Made by a program: the position numbers and the translations under genes. A DNA stretch of 64,000 nt from Gammaproteobacteria bacterium (lineage in GTDB: Bacteria; Pseudomonadota; Gammaproteobacteria; UBA4575): assembly GCA_963662355.1 (NCBI GenBank), contig OY759361.1:615834-679833 (forward strand), written 5' to 3'. The notes beneath the pieces are model-generated. The model saw only the letters and a program-made list of their open reading frames with translations. It ran no database searches and was not told where the DNA came from. This document shows positions 50,988 to 62,441 of the stretch, piece after piece (within the stretch, counting starts at the first letter, position 1; the number at the start of each line of letters is the position of its first letter).

Positions 50988-51336
50988 CGGTTCATTCCCC
51001 AGCGTGCTCCCTGCCCGGACCGCATTCAAACGGATGGCTGCAGTTGATGTTCAGGCAGAGAGGGGACAGCACCGCGTGCCAACGTGCACGCTGAGATTCG
51101 GGGATATGCTGCAAGGGCTGATCCTGCATCACGTATCCCAGACATGCCGCCGCTCCCTCCATGAATCGCCGCTGCTCCCATTATAAAATATTCGGGGCCG
51201 AGTCTGCCATTGTAAATCTTCTTTCTTCGTACAGAGTGTCCTTGCAGGGAGATCCGGGTCCCGCACACCGTCATGGGCCGACGAAAGCCCTGGACCCCCG
51301 GCCTGCAAACAGACAGGGTGTGGCGTGCCGGGTACT

Positions 51337-52353
51337 TCACCTGTGTCGGGCGACGTATGCATCCAGTTCGGCCAGATGGGCAGCCTTGGCCTGCTGGTCG
51401 AGAAAGGAGCCGTTGAATGAGTTGCGGGCAATGCAGTGCAGATCATCGATCGTCAACCCGAGCGCTTCCTGGACAGCAGCATAGTTGTCATTGATGTAGC
51501 CTCCGAAGTAGGCGGGATCGTCCGAGTTGACGGTGACGGCGAGCCCGCGCTCGAGCATGGTCTTCAGGGGATGACTTTCCATCTCGTCCACCACTGCAAG
51601 CTTGACGTTCGACATCGGACACACGGTAAGCACCGTACCCTCGTCCGCGATCCGCTGTGTGAGCGCCGGGTCGTCGAGCGTGGCATTGCCATGATCAATG
51701 CGATCGACGTCGAGTAGTTCCACCGCTTCGCGGACATAGGCGGCCGGACCCTCTTCACCGGCATGGGCGAGCAGCCTGTAGCCCTGCTCGCGGGCCTGCT
51801 TGTATACCGCGGCGAACTTGCTCGGCGGGTTGTCCCGTTCCGCCGCATCAAGACCGATGCCGACGATCCAGTCACGATAGGGGGCTGCGGCCTCGAGTAT
51901 GTCCAGTGCAGCCTGTTCGGACAGATGACGCCAGAAACACATGATCAGCCCGGACGAGATGCCGAACTCCCTTTGTGCATCCATCCGGGCCCGCTGGATT
52001 CCGTGCATGAAGGTTTCAAACGCGATCCCGCGGGTAGTGTGGCCTTGCGGGTCGAAGAATATTTCCGCATGCCGCACGTTGTCGGCGTGAATGCGCATGA
52101 AATAGGCCTTGGTCAGATCGTAGAAGTCCTGCTCGCTGCGCAGGACGGCCATGCCCTGGAAAAACAGGTCCAGAAACTCCTGCAGGCAGCCGAAGTCGTA
52201 GGCGGCGCGTGTCTGCTCAACCGATTCAAAGCTGAGGTCAATGCCGTTGCGCTCAGCCAGTGCAAACATCATTTCCGGCTCGAGGCTGCCCTCGATATGC
52301 ATATGCAGCTCAGCCTTCGGAAGGCTGTCAATGAATGGCCTCAGATCGTTCAT
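51337..52353 (-). CDS. add: Adenosine/adenine deaminase family protein
   Basis: Start trimmed to MNDLRPF (ATG 52351-52353, after AAGGAGG). LPKAELHMHIEGS metal motif, HAGE and SDDPAYFG. Confidence 0.85.
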   Translation of the reverse strand: MNDLRPFIDSLPKAELHMHIEGSLEPEMMFALAERNGIDLSFESVEQTRAAYDFGCLQEFLDLFFQGMAVLRSEQDFYDLTKAYFMRIHADNVRHAEIFFDPQGHTTRGIAFETFMHGIQRARMDAQREFGISSGLIMCFWRHLSEQAALDILEAAAPYRDWIVGIGLDAAERDNPPSKFAAVYKQAREQGYRLLAHAGEEGPAAYVREAVELLDVDRIDHGNATLDDPALTQRIADEGTVLTVCPMSNVKLAVVDEMESHPLKTMLERGLAVTVNSDDPAYFGGYINDNYAAVQEALGLTIDDLHCIARNSFNGSFLDQQAKAAHLAELDAYVARHR

Positions 52354-52631
52354 GTTCGCCTCCTTGGGGCTTAGCCGCCCTGTGCCAGGTCCTCGTGGCG
52401 GCCACAAACAGCGTGCGGCGGCGACTCGAGTCTGTTGATCAGGCAGGGATTGTACTGCCAAACATCCTGCTGCGCATCCCGCATCGCGCGCGCGACAGAA
52501 CCGGCGGGCGGGCTGCAGTCCAGCCGTCTCACCCGGCATCCTTCACTGGACAATTTCCCGAAAGCATGCACAATGTCCGAAACGATGGAGCGCAGCACAC
52601 CGAAAGTGTGTCATGCCTCGTGAAGCAATCG

Positions 52632-53330
52632 ATGAACACCCCGCTGAGCACCTTTCTTGTCGCATCACTGGCCGTATCCTTTGCCACGGCCGATGCGGGG
52701 TCGGACCGCCTGCCTCTGCCAGAAGGGTTCGTCTACCTTGACGAAGTCCTCCCCGATCTTGTCGCAGACCTGCACTACGCCACCCGCAACAATTTTGTCG
52801 GGCAGCCGATCGACGGGTACCGTCATGCGAATCCGGTCCTGTCTGCACCCGCTGCCACGGCCCTCGCCGGGGTCCAGGCTGCTTTGCGCCCGTTCGGCCT
52901 CGGACTTAAGGTCTTCGATGCATACCGCCCGCAACGCGCGGTCGATCACTTTGTCCGCTGGGGCAATGACCTGGACGACCAGCGGACCAAGCCCAGGTAC
53001 TACCCCGAGGTCGAGAAAAAGAACCTGTTCAAGGAGGGATACATCGCTGCCCGATCGAGCCACTCGCGGGGCAGTACAGTGGACCTGACCATCGTTTCCT
53101 TCGACCGGGCAGGCTCGGTCCGCGAACTGGACATGGGCTCGCACTTTGACCTGTTCGGCCCGGTCTCCTGGCCAGACAGCCCCAAGGTCTCGGTCCAGCA
53201 ACGCGCCAACCGCATGCTGCTGCAAAGCCTGATGTCCGCACACGGCTTTGCCCCCTATGCCCAGGAATGGTGGCACTTCACCCTCAGGGACGAACCCTAC
53301 CCGGACACCTATTTCGACTTTCCGTTTTGA
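52632..53330 (+). CDS. D-alanyl-D-alanine dipeptidase, VanX/DdpX (M15D) family, with signal peptide
   Basis: Start trimmed to MNTPLSTFLVASLAVSFATADA. Zn motifs SSHSRGSTVDL and EWWHF. Confidence 0.8.
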   Translation: MNTPLSTFLVASLAVSFATADAGSDRLPLPEGFVYLDEVLPDLVADLHYATRNNFVGQPIDGYRHANPVLSAPAATALAGVQAALRPFGLGLKVFDAYRPQRAVDHFVRWGNDLDDQRTKPRYYPEVEKKNLFKEGYIAARSSHSRGSTVDLTIVSFDRAGSVRELDMGSHFDLFGPVSWPDSPKVSVQQRANRMLLQSLMSAHGFAPYAQEWWHFTLRDEPYPDTYFDFPF

Positions 53331-53422
53331 TGACACGCGGCGCCGGGCCAGCAAGTGCCTGACAGCCGGGCGTTGCCACGCGCTGACCGGGCCCGTGCAA
53401 TCCAACGCGCCAGCCTTTATGC

Positions 53423-54208
53423 TTGCATCCCATGCGGATCATTACCCTGAACGTGAATGGAATCCGTGCCGCTGCACGCAAGGGATTTTTTTCCTGGCTT
53501 GGCAGGCAGGACGCGGACCTAGTCTGCCTGCAGGAAACCAAGGCACAGATTCACCAGCTGGAAAAGGATGCAACGTTTTTTCCGGACGGATACCACTGCC
53601 ATTACGTGGATGCGCAGAAAAAAGGGTACAGCGGGGTCGCGGTGTACAGCCGGCACAAACCCGAGCGTGTCATTCGCGGATACGGGGACGGCGAGTTTGA
53701 CAAGGAGGGCCGTTATCTGGAACTGCAGTTCGAGACGCTGGCCGTGGTGTCCCTGTACGCGCCTTCCGGATCCTCCGGCGATGTGCGCCAGCAGGCCAAG
53801 TTTCGCTTCCTGGACAGCTTCATGGCGCACCTGAAAAAGCTCAGGCGCCGGCGCAGGGCCCATATCCTGTGTGGCGACTGGAACATCGCACACAAAAAAA
53901 TCGACCTGAAGAACTGGCGCGGCAACCAGAAAAACTCAGGATTCCTGCCGGAAGAACGCGCGTGGCTGGACACGCTGTTCCACGACGTGGGGTACCTGGA
54001 CATGTTTCGTGAAATCAACCAGGAGGAAGACCAGTACACCTGGTGGTCGAATCGCGGCCAGGCCTGGGCCAAGAACGTCGGCTGGCGGATCGACTACCAT
54101 ATCGCATCCCCCGACCTGAAAAACAGGGTGCACCGTGCCGAGATCTACCTCAAGGAAAGGTTCTCCGATCACGCACCGCTCACCATAGACTACGACCTGT
54201 CGCTTTGA
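53423..54208 (+). CDS. xth: Exodeoxyribonuclease III family nuclease (copy 1)
   Basis: RIITLNVNGIRAA...DLVCLQETK and the C-terminal SDHAPL. The start may instead be at 53432. Confidence 0.9.
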   Translation: MHPMRIITLNVNGIRAAARKGFFSWLGRQDADLVCLQETKAQIHQLEKDATFFPDGYHCHYVDAQKKGYSGVAVYSRHKPERVIRGYGDGEFDKEGRYLELQFETLAVVSLYAPSGSSGDVRQQAKFRFLDSFMAHLKKLRRRRRAHILCGDWNIAHKKIDLKNWRGNQKNSGFLPEERAWLDTLFHDVGYLDMFREINQEEDQYTWWSNRGQAWAKNVGWRIDYHIASPDLKNRVHRAEIYLKERFSDHAPLTIDYDLSL

Positions 54209-54228
54209 CCTCCGTAAAAGAAAACCTG

Positions 54229-55539
54229 GTGTTGTGGAAACAGGCTTTCGGCGTGTACACCCAGCCCCGGGTCATGGCCATGCTGTTCCTGGGCTTTTCT
54301 GCCGGGGTGCCCCTGTTGCTCGTGTTCGGAACCCTGTCGGTCTGGCTGCGCCGCGAAGGAATCGACCGCACGACCATCGGCTACATTTCCTGGGTGGCCA
54401 TCTTGTATGGCTTCAAGTTCGTGTGGGCTCCGCTCGTGGACCGCATGCGCCTGCCGTTCCTGACCCGCTGGCTGGGCCAGCGCCGCAGCTGGATGCTGCT
54501 TGCGCAATGCGGCATACTGATCGGCCTGTGGCTGATGGCCGGCAATGACCCGTCCGTGCAGTTGAGCACCCTGGTGGCAGCTGCCCTGCTGGTAGCATTC
54601 TCCTCGGCGACCCAGGACATCAGCATCGATGCCTGGCGCATTGAAGCCGTTCCCACGGACCTGCAGGGAGGCATGGCCGCGACATACCAGCTCGGATACC
54701 GCCTGGGCCTGATCCTGGCTGGCGGCGGCGCCCTGGTGATTGCGGGAAACTCGTCCTGGAACACCGCATATTTCATCATGGGATGCGCCATGCTTGTCGG
54801 GATGGTTACGACTTTCTTGGTTGCAGAGCCGCATCGCACCCTCCAGGAACCCGCCAGCCACCGCAAGGCACGCGGCCTGCGCGGATTCGCCACCTGGTTC
54901 ATCGAAGCCGTGATCTATCCTTTTGTGGAGTTTTTCAGGCGCAACGGCGCCATGGCCATCGCGATCCTGCTGTTTATCGGGCTGTTTCGTATCAGCGACA
55001 TCACCATGGGGGTCATGACCGGCCCGCTGTACGTGGACATGGGCTTTACGGACGAACAGATCGGCTGGGTATCCAAAACGTTCGGCATCATCGTCACCAT
55101 CGTGGGTGCTTTGCTCGGCGGGGTGCTGGTCATGCGTTACGGAATCATGCCCATGCTGATTGCCTCGGCCGTACTGGTCGTGGCGACCAACCTGGTCTTC
55201 GCATGGCTGTCCACACAGGACGCCAGGGTCGGTTTGCTTGCGCTGGTCATCACGGCGGATAATCTGAGCGGCGGCATCGCAGGCTCGACCTTCATCGCAT
55301 ACCTGTCCAGTCTGACCAACCGCGCGTATACAGCCACCCAGTACGCCCTGTTCAGTTCACTGATGCTGTTGCCCGCAAAATTCATCGGCGGATTCTCAGG
55401 GAAAGTCGTGGATACGTACGGCTACATCCATTTCTTCATCTATGCCGGCCTGCTTGGGATTCCTGCCGTCCTGCTGGCCATCTATCTGCTGCGCAGGAAA
55501 GACAGGATCCAGGGGGTGCAGGACGCCTCACAGGCCTGA
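54229..55539 (+). CDS. ampG: AmpG-family muropeptide MFS permease
   Basis: FGVYTQPRVMAMLFLGFSAGVPLLLVFGTLSVWLRREGID...FKFVWAPLVDR matches the AmpG N-terminal region. No ATG is suitably placed. GTG at 54229 was chosen (TTG at 54205 is also possible), so the start is uncertain. Confidence 0.8.
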   Translation: MLWKQAFGVYTQPRVMAMLFLGFSAGVPLLLVFGTLSVWLRREGIDRTTIGYISWVAILYGFKFVWAPLVDRMRLPFLTRWLGQRRSWMLLAQCGILIGLWLMAGNDPSVQLSTLVAAALLVAFSSATQDISIDAWRIEAVPTDLQGGMAATYQLGYRLGLILAGGGALVIAGNSSWNTAYFIMGCAMLVGMVTTFLVAEPHRTLQEPASHRKARGLRGFATWFIEAVIYPFVEFFRRNGAMAIAILLFIGLFRISDITMGVMTGPLYVDMGFTDEQIGWVSKTFGIIVTIVGALLGGVLVMRYGIMPMLIASAVLVVATNLVFAWLSTQDARVGLLALVITADNLSGGIAGSTFIAYLSSLTNRAYTATQYALFSSLMLLPAKFIGGFSGKVVDTYGYIHFFIYAGLLGIPAVLLAIYLLRRKDRIQGVQDASQA

Positions 55540-55650
55540 GCCTGAAAGGGACACGGGATCCTGGCGAAGACACGCCCTGCCCGGATATCCGGCTTCAGGG
55601 GGTAATCCGGAAGCCCTTGTGCAGGCAATCCCTTCCTGGAGTGGCGTAGC

Positions 55651-56289
55651 CTACGGCTGACTGCGCTTGCTTTTGATCCACTTCACAATGGGCTGCCACT
55701 GCTCACGGTCCCGGGCCGTCGCAGCCGGTGCCATTTCGAATATGCCCAGGCCACGCTCGGCAGCCCGGATGTAGTGCTGGCTGTCCCGCAACATGGTCAG
55801 AAAGGGTATCCTTTGCCGGCTCAGGAAGCGGTCCAGCTCCCAGTAGATCCTGGTGTAGTCCCGCGACCGGTTTGCCAGCAGTGCAAGCTTGGCCTTTTTT
55901 CGCTGTACCGGCGCGCTTTTCCTGATCTCATCGATAAAATCCGCCGCCGCACGCATGTCCATCGGAGAGGGGAGTACAGGAATCAGAATGCTTTGCGCCT
56001 TGCCCGCCATCTTGCTCAGTGCACTGCCATGCAGGCCCGCCGCAACGTCCATGATTACATAGTCCGTATTGCGCCCGGCCCGCTTGGAGTCTTTCGTGTA
56101 GGCCGCAATGCCGCGGATCGGCGGGCGGGCCGCGGGGCGGGCATTGAGCCATGCCATGCTGGAAGCCTGCGGGTCAAAGTCCACCAGAACCACCTTGTTA
56201 TTGTTCGCGGCAAAGTATGCAGCAAGATTGGTCGCGACAGTGGATTTGCCAGAACCCCCTTTGGAATTCATCACCATGATTGTGCGCAT
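55651..56289 (-). CDS. Small ParA/MinD-superfamily ATPase (orphan ParA-like)
   Basis: Start trimmed to MRTIMVMNSKGGSGKST (deviant Walker A KGGxGKS). 212 aa. No parB-like gene lies next to it. Confidence 0.85.
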   Translation of the reverse strand: MRTIMVMNSKGGSGKSTVATNLAAYFAANNNKVVLVDFDPQASSMAWLNARPAARPPIRGIAAYTKDSKRAGRNTDYVIMDVAAGLHGSALSKMAGKAQSILIPVLPSPMDMRAAADFIDEIRKSAPVQRKKAKLALLANRSRDYTRIYWELDRFLSRQRIPFLTMLRDSQHYIRAAERGLGIFEMAPAATARDREQWQPIVKWIKSKRSQP

Positions 56290-56349
56290 TGGTCTACCTC
56301 CCGGTATTGACAACATGAGGCTGGCGCCTCCTGATCGGACCGCCGTCTG

Positions 56350-56375
56350 GTCAAGACAGCCTTGACTCTAGAGTC
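56350..56375. promoter_or_regulatory. Overlapping palindromes upstream of the ParA-like gene (GTCAAG-N5-CTTGAC and GACTCTAGAGTC)
   Basis: A perfect 12-bp palindrome and a 6-bp-arm inverted repeat sit 61-86 nt upstream of the start codon. Confidence 0.3.
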
Positions 56376-56694
56376 TTTTAGCAAAACAGGCGCGGTTCTG
56401 CAAACCGGTTGTCTCCCACTGCGTCCCGCCGGCCCCTTCGCTGCGGCGTGCCGCTGGCAGGCAAGCCGGCCATCCTGATGAAAGCGGGTTTATGCAGGTA
56501 TTCAGAAGATAGCAAATTTTCGGTGCATGATTGCTCATTTTAGCGTCCATATTTTGCAAAAGCTCCGGATCACGCCTGTGCCGGAAGGCGCTGGCTGCCC
56601 CGCATCACCCAAACAGGCCGCCAGACCATGCTGACGGCACCGAACTGAGCAGGATTCCAGACGTTCGCTGCAATTCGATACATGATCAGCCGTT

Positions 56695-57462
56695 TTAGCC
56701 TCCAAATTCTGCAATCACCGGCGCATGGTCGGAGGGCCGTGCATGGCCCCTGGGGGTCTTGTCAATGGCGCTGAAGCTGCACAGGGCCTCGAGGGGTGCG
56801 CTGGCCAGGATCAGGTCGATACGCAGGCCCCGGTTGCGACGGAAGGCCGCTGCACGATAGTCCCACCAGCTGAAACTGCCCGGCTCCTGTTCAAACAGGC
56901 GAAAGGTATCGACGAGGCCCAGTTCGAGCATGGCATTGAGTGCCTTGCGTTCCGGGGCGCTGCACAGGATCTTGCCCTCCCAGGCCCCGGGGTCATGCAC
57001 ATCCTGGTCCTGCGGGGCAATATTGAAGTCGCCCAGTACGACGTATCGGGGAAACCGCTGCAGGTCCTCCTTGATGAACGAGGTCACTTTTTTCAGCCAC
57101 TCCAGCTTGTAGGCATATTTTTCAGAACCCACTTCCGAGCCGTTTACGACGTACAGGTTCAACACCCGCACATCGTCCACCGTCACGGCCAGAATCCGCT
57201 TCTGCGGGTCCTCCAGTCCTTCAATCCCGGTACGCGTATCGCTGCAGGGGCGGCGTGTCAGGACCGCCACACCGTTGTAGCTTTTCTGCCCGGAATAGGC
57301 CGCGTGATAGCCAGCCTCCCTGATTTCCTCCACCGGAAAGTCCTCATCGACGAGCTTCGTTTCCTGCAAGGCCAGCACGTCCACGGGGTTGTCCTGCAGC
57401 CAGTCCAGCACCTGCGCAAGGCGAACGCGCAGGGAATTGACATTCCATGAGGCGATCCTCAT
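56695..57462 (-). CDS. xthA: Exodeoxyribonuclease III (copy 2)
   Basis: MRIASWNVNSLRVR...DVLALQETK, GDFNIAP and the C-terminal SDHAPV. Confidence 0.9.
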   Translation of the reverse strand: MRIASWNVNSLRVRLAQVLDWLQDNPVDVLALQETKLVDEDFPVEEIREAGYHAAYSGQKSYNGVAVLTRRPCSDTRTGIEGLEDPQKRILAVTVDDVRVLNLYVVNGSEVGSEKYAYKLEWLKKVTSFIKEDLQRFPRYVVLGDFNIAPQDQDVHDPGAWEGKILCSAPERKALNAMLELGLVDTFRLFEQEPGSFSWWDYRAAAFRRNRGLRIDLILASAPLEALCSFSAIDKTPRGHARPSDHAPVIAEFGG

Positions 57463-57581
57463 CGTTCAGTCATACCTGACAGGGCGCATACAGTGGGCAA
57501 CACAGGGTTCAGGTACCCTGCCACACCCTGCAAGGGACCTTCCAAGGCAACAACGGGCAAACCGGGGTCCGGCCACGCACC

Positions 57582-60014
<2,433 letters not shown>

Positions 60015-60041
60015 TCAAGTATACCAGCTTATGCGGCCCGT

Positions 60042-61118
60042 TCAGCCCAGGCGCGCGCAGGTTCCCTGTTTCACGTGAAACACTTCCGGGCGGTTCCAGC
60101 CCTGCAAGTCCAGCTGGCCCAGGTCCACGGCGCTGATGAACGTCTGGCAGTCCAGGGCCTGCACCGAGCGCATCAGCGCCCGGGCATGTTCCGCATCCAG
60201 TTCCGCACAGAGGTCATCGAGCAATACGATGCATGCGCGGGCCGTATGCCGGCGAAGGTGACTGATCTGGGCCAGCAGCAGGCTTGCCGCGACCAGTTTC
60301 TGCTGCCCCCGTGAAGCAACCTGTCCGGCGGACTGGCCTTCCAGCGACAGCCGGATGTCCGCCCGATGCGGCCCCCAGTGTGTGGCAAGGGTCTGGCTTT
60401 CCCGCCGTGCGGCCCGCTCCAGGGCTTCCAGCAGGGATCGCTCCTCAGCAGGCCATCCATTGTACAGGCGCAGCGAGATTTTTGTTTCAGGAAGTAACTT
60501 GTTGGCAAATGTCTCGAAAAATGGTGTAATTTCTTCAAATATCTGTGATCTTGTCAAACTGACGCGCTCACCCGCTGAGGCGAGCTCCTGTGTCCACGCC
60601 CGCAGTTCACGGCCCTGTGCCCCCTTGCGCAGGACCTGGTTGCGCTGGCGCAGACACCGGCTGTAGTGCCTCCAGTCCGGCAAAAAACCGGGTTTCACGT
60701 GAAACGCTGACCAGTCCAGGTAATTTCGCCGGTACCGCGCGCCGTCCTGCACCAGCCGGTGACTGTCCGGATGGACCGGTACGACCGGCAGGATCCCGGC
60801 ATGGTTGGAAATGGTTTCTACCGGCTGCTGGTTGCAATGCAGTACCCGTTCACTGGCGGTTTTACGGATCCCGAGGTGCGTTTTCACCCCGGCCTCCCGG
60901 ATTGTTCCGCTCACGGTAACGGCCCGCGCTCCCCTGCGCAGCAGGGCCACGAGATGGCGGCTACGAAACGTCCGGCCCCGGCTCAGGAAGTCGATGGCCT
61001 CCAGAATGCTGGTTTTGCCGGCCCCGTTCTCGCCGCAGAGGATGGTGGCCTGCTCACCCGGAATCAGCTCCAGGCGCTCAATGACCCTGAAGTTGCGGGC
61101 ATCAAGGGAGCACAGCAC
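60042..61118 (-). CDS. recF: DNA replication/repair protein RecF
   Basis: Walker A GENGAGKTSILEAI and the SMC-like signature and Walker B region (IVLLDD). Confidence 0.95.
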   Translation of the reverse strand: MLCSLDARNFRVIERLELIPGEQATILCGENGAGKTSILEAIDFLSRGRTFRSRHLVALLRRGARAVTVSGTIREAGVKTHLGIRKTASERVLHCNQQPVETISNHAGILPVVPVHPDSHRLVQDGARYRRNYLDWSAFHVKPGFLPDWRHYSRCLRQRNQVLRKGAQGRELRAWTQELASAGERVSLTRSQIFEEITPFFETFANKLLPETKISLRLYNGWPAEERSLLEALERAARRESQTLATHWGPHRADIRLSLEGQSAGQVASRGQQKLVAASLLLAQISHLRRHTARACIVLLDDLCAELDAEHARALMRSVQALDCQTFISAVDLGQLDLQGWNRPEVFHVKQGTCARLG

Positions 61119-61142
61119 CGGGTTCAGGCAAGACGGTTACCG

Positions 61143-62243
61143 TCACAGGCGCATGGGCATGATGACATAGCGGTTGCCTGCATCATCAGGCGTCATGATC
61201 AGGACACTGCTGTTCCCGTCCTGGATATACATCTCGACGGTTTCCGAATCCAAAACGGCCAGTACGTCCAGCAGGTACTGTACATTGAAGCCGACTTCAA
61301 GCTTCTCGCCGCTGTACTCGGCCCCGATTTCGTCCTCGGCCTCTTCCTGGCTCGGATTGTGGGTCTGGATGCGCAACGTGTCACAGTCCATGATCAGCCG
61401 CACACCCCGATACTTCTCGTTACACAGGATTGCCACGCGCATCAGGGCCTGCTTCAGGGTGTTCTTATCGACCCGGATACAGTTCTCCCCCTGCTCTGGC
61501 AGCACCCTCTGATACTCGGGAAACCGGCCATCGATCAGCTTGGACGTGAACTGGAGTCCGGTAAACTCTGCGCGGACATGACCCTTGCCCAGTGACAGGG
61601 TAACCGGGCTGTCTTCCTGTGTCAGCAGCCGCTGCAGTTCCTGTACACCCTTGCGGGGCAGGATGATCTGGCGGGTGCCTTCCACATCTGATTCCCGTTC
61701 CAGTTGGGCCAGGGCCAGGCGGTGACCGTCGGTAGCCACTGCCCGAATCTGCCCAACATCAATTTCAAGCAGCAGGCCATTCAGGTAATACCGCACATCC
61801 TGCTGGGCCATGGCAAAGGACGCCCGGTCAATCAGCCCTTTCAGTTCATCTTGTTGCAGGACGATACTGTCACCAAGTTCGATATCATGCAGATAAGGAA
61901 AATCCTCCACCGGGACAGTTGCCAGGGAAAACCGGCTGCGCCCCGAGCTGACTTCAACCCGGCCATTGCCGGAACGGACTTCTACCTGTGAGTCCTTCGG
62001 GAGTGAAAGGCAAATATCCAGCAGCTTGCGGGCCGGGATGGTGACACTGTCAATGCCCTCCACCTGCATCTCATAATGGGCAACCAGCTCAATCTCCAGA
62101 TCCGTTGCCGTAAAGGTCAGCCCTCCCTTGTTCTCCTGCAACAGCAGGTTGCTCAAGGCCGGGATCGTCTGCTGGCGTTCCACTGCACCGATAACTTGCT
62201 GGATGGGTTTGAGTATTTCCTCTCTGGCAATAGATAACTGCAT
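61143..62243 (-). CDS. dnaN: DNA polymerase III beta sliding clamp
   Basis: 366 aa. MQLSIAREEILKPIQQVIGAVERQQTIPALSNLLL. Ends ...YVIMPMRL. Confidence 0.95.
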   Translation of the reverse strand: MQLSIAREEILKPIQQVIGAVERQQTIPALSNLLLQENKGGLTFTATDLEIELVAHYEMQVEGIDSVTIPARKLLDICLSLPKDSQVEVRSGNGRVEVSSGRSRFSLATVPVEDFPYLHDIELGDSIVLQQDELKGLIDRASFAMAQQDVRYYLNGLLLEIDVGQIRAVATDGHRLALAQLERESDVEGTRQIILPRKGVQELQRLLTQEDSPVTLSLGKGHVRAEFTGLQFTSKLIDGRFPEYQRVLPEQGENCIRVDKNTLKQALMRVAILCNEKYRGVRLIMDCDTLRIQTHNPSQEEAEDEIGAEYSGEKLEVGFNVQYLLDVLAVLDSETVEMYIQDGNSSVLIMTPDDAGNRYVIMPMRL

Positions 62244-62441
62244 GATATATATATTTAATAGTAGTTATATAGGGGTATATGGTGCTGTGGGTATCTTTGA
62301 TATTTTATTATATATCAATTAATTAGGTCGTATTAGCATGTTAGTTGGCTCTGTCTTTCCGGTTTGTTTTCGCGTATGGCCAGTATACAACTTGGAGTAT
62401 GAGATCCTGTACAGATTGTAGCACTATTTATCCACAGAATA
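62244..62441. other. AT-rich dnaA-dnaN spacer: candidate DNA-unwinding element / oriC component
   Basis: A 198-bp spacer, strikingly AT-rich in a high-GC genome. It has two GATAT-led AT-rich 13-mers (62244-62256, 62299-62311) and a perfect DnaA box at 62428-62436. Confidence 0.4.
62428..62436 (+). promoter_or_regulatory. Consensus DnaA box TTATCCACA
   Basis: Exact 9-mer match read directly from the sequence, 6 nt from the dnaA stop codon. Confidence 0.6.

Noticed and set aside
51030-51336. 307-bp gene-free spacer between add and pyrE, inspected for an sRNA, riboswitch or pyr attenuator
   Set aside because: I found only short, weak stems and no U-tract or recognisable conserved RNA motif. 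A feature cannot be supported without covariance-model searches such as Rfam cmscan.
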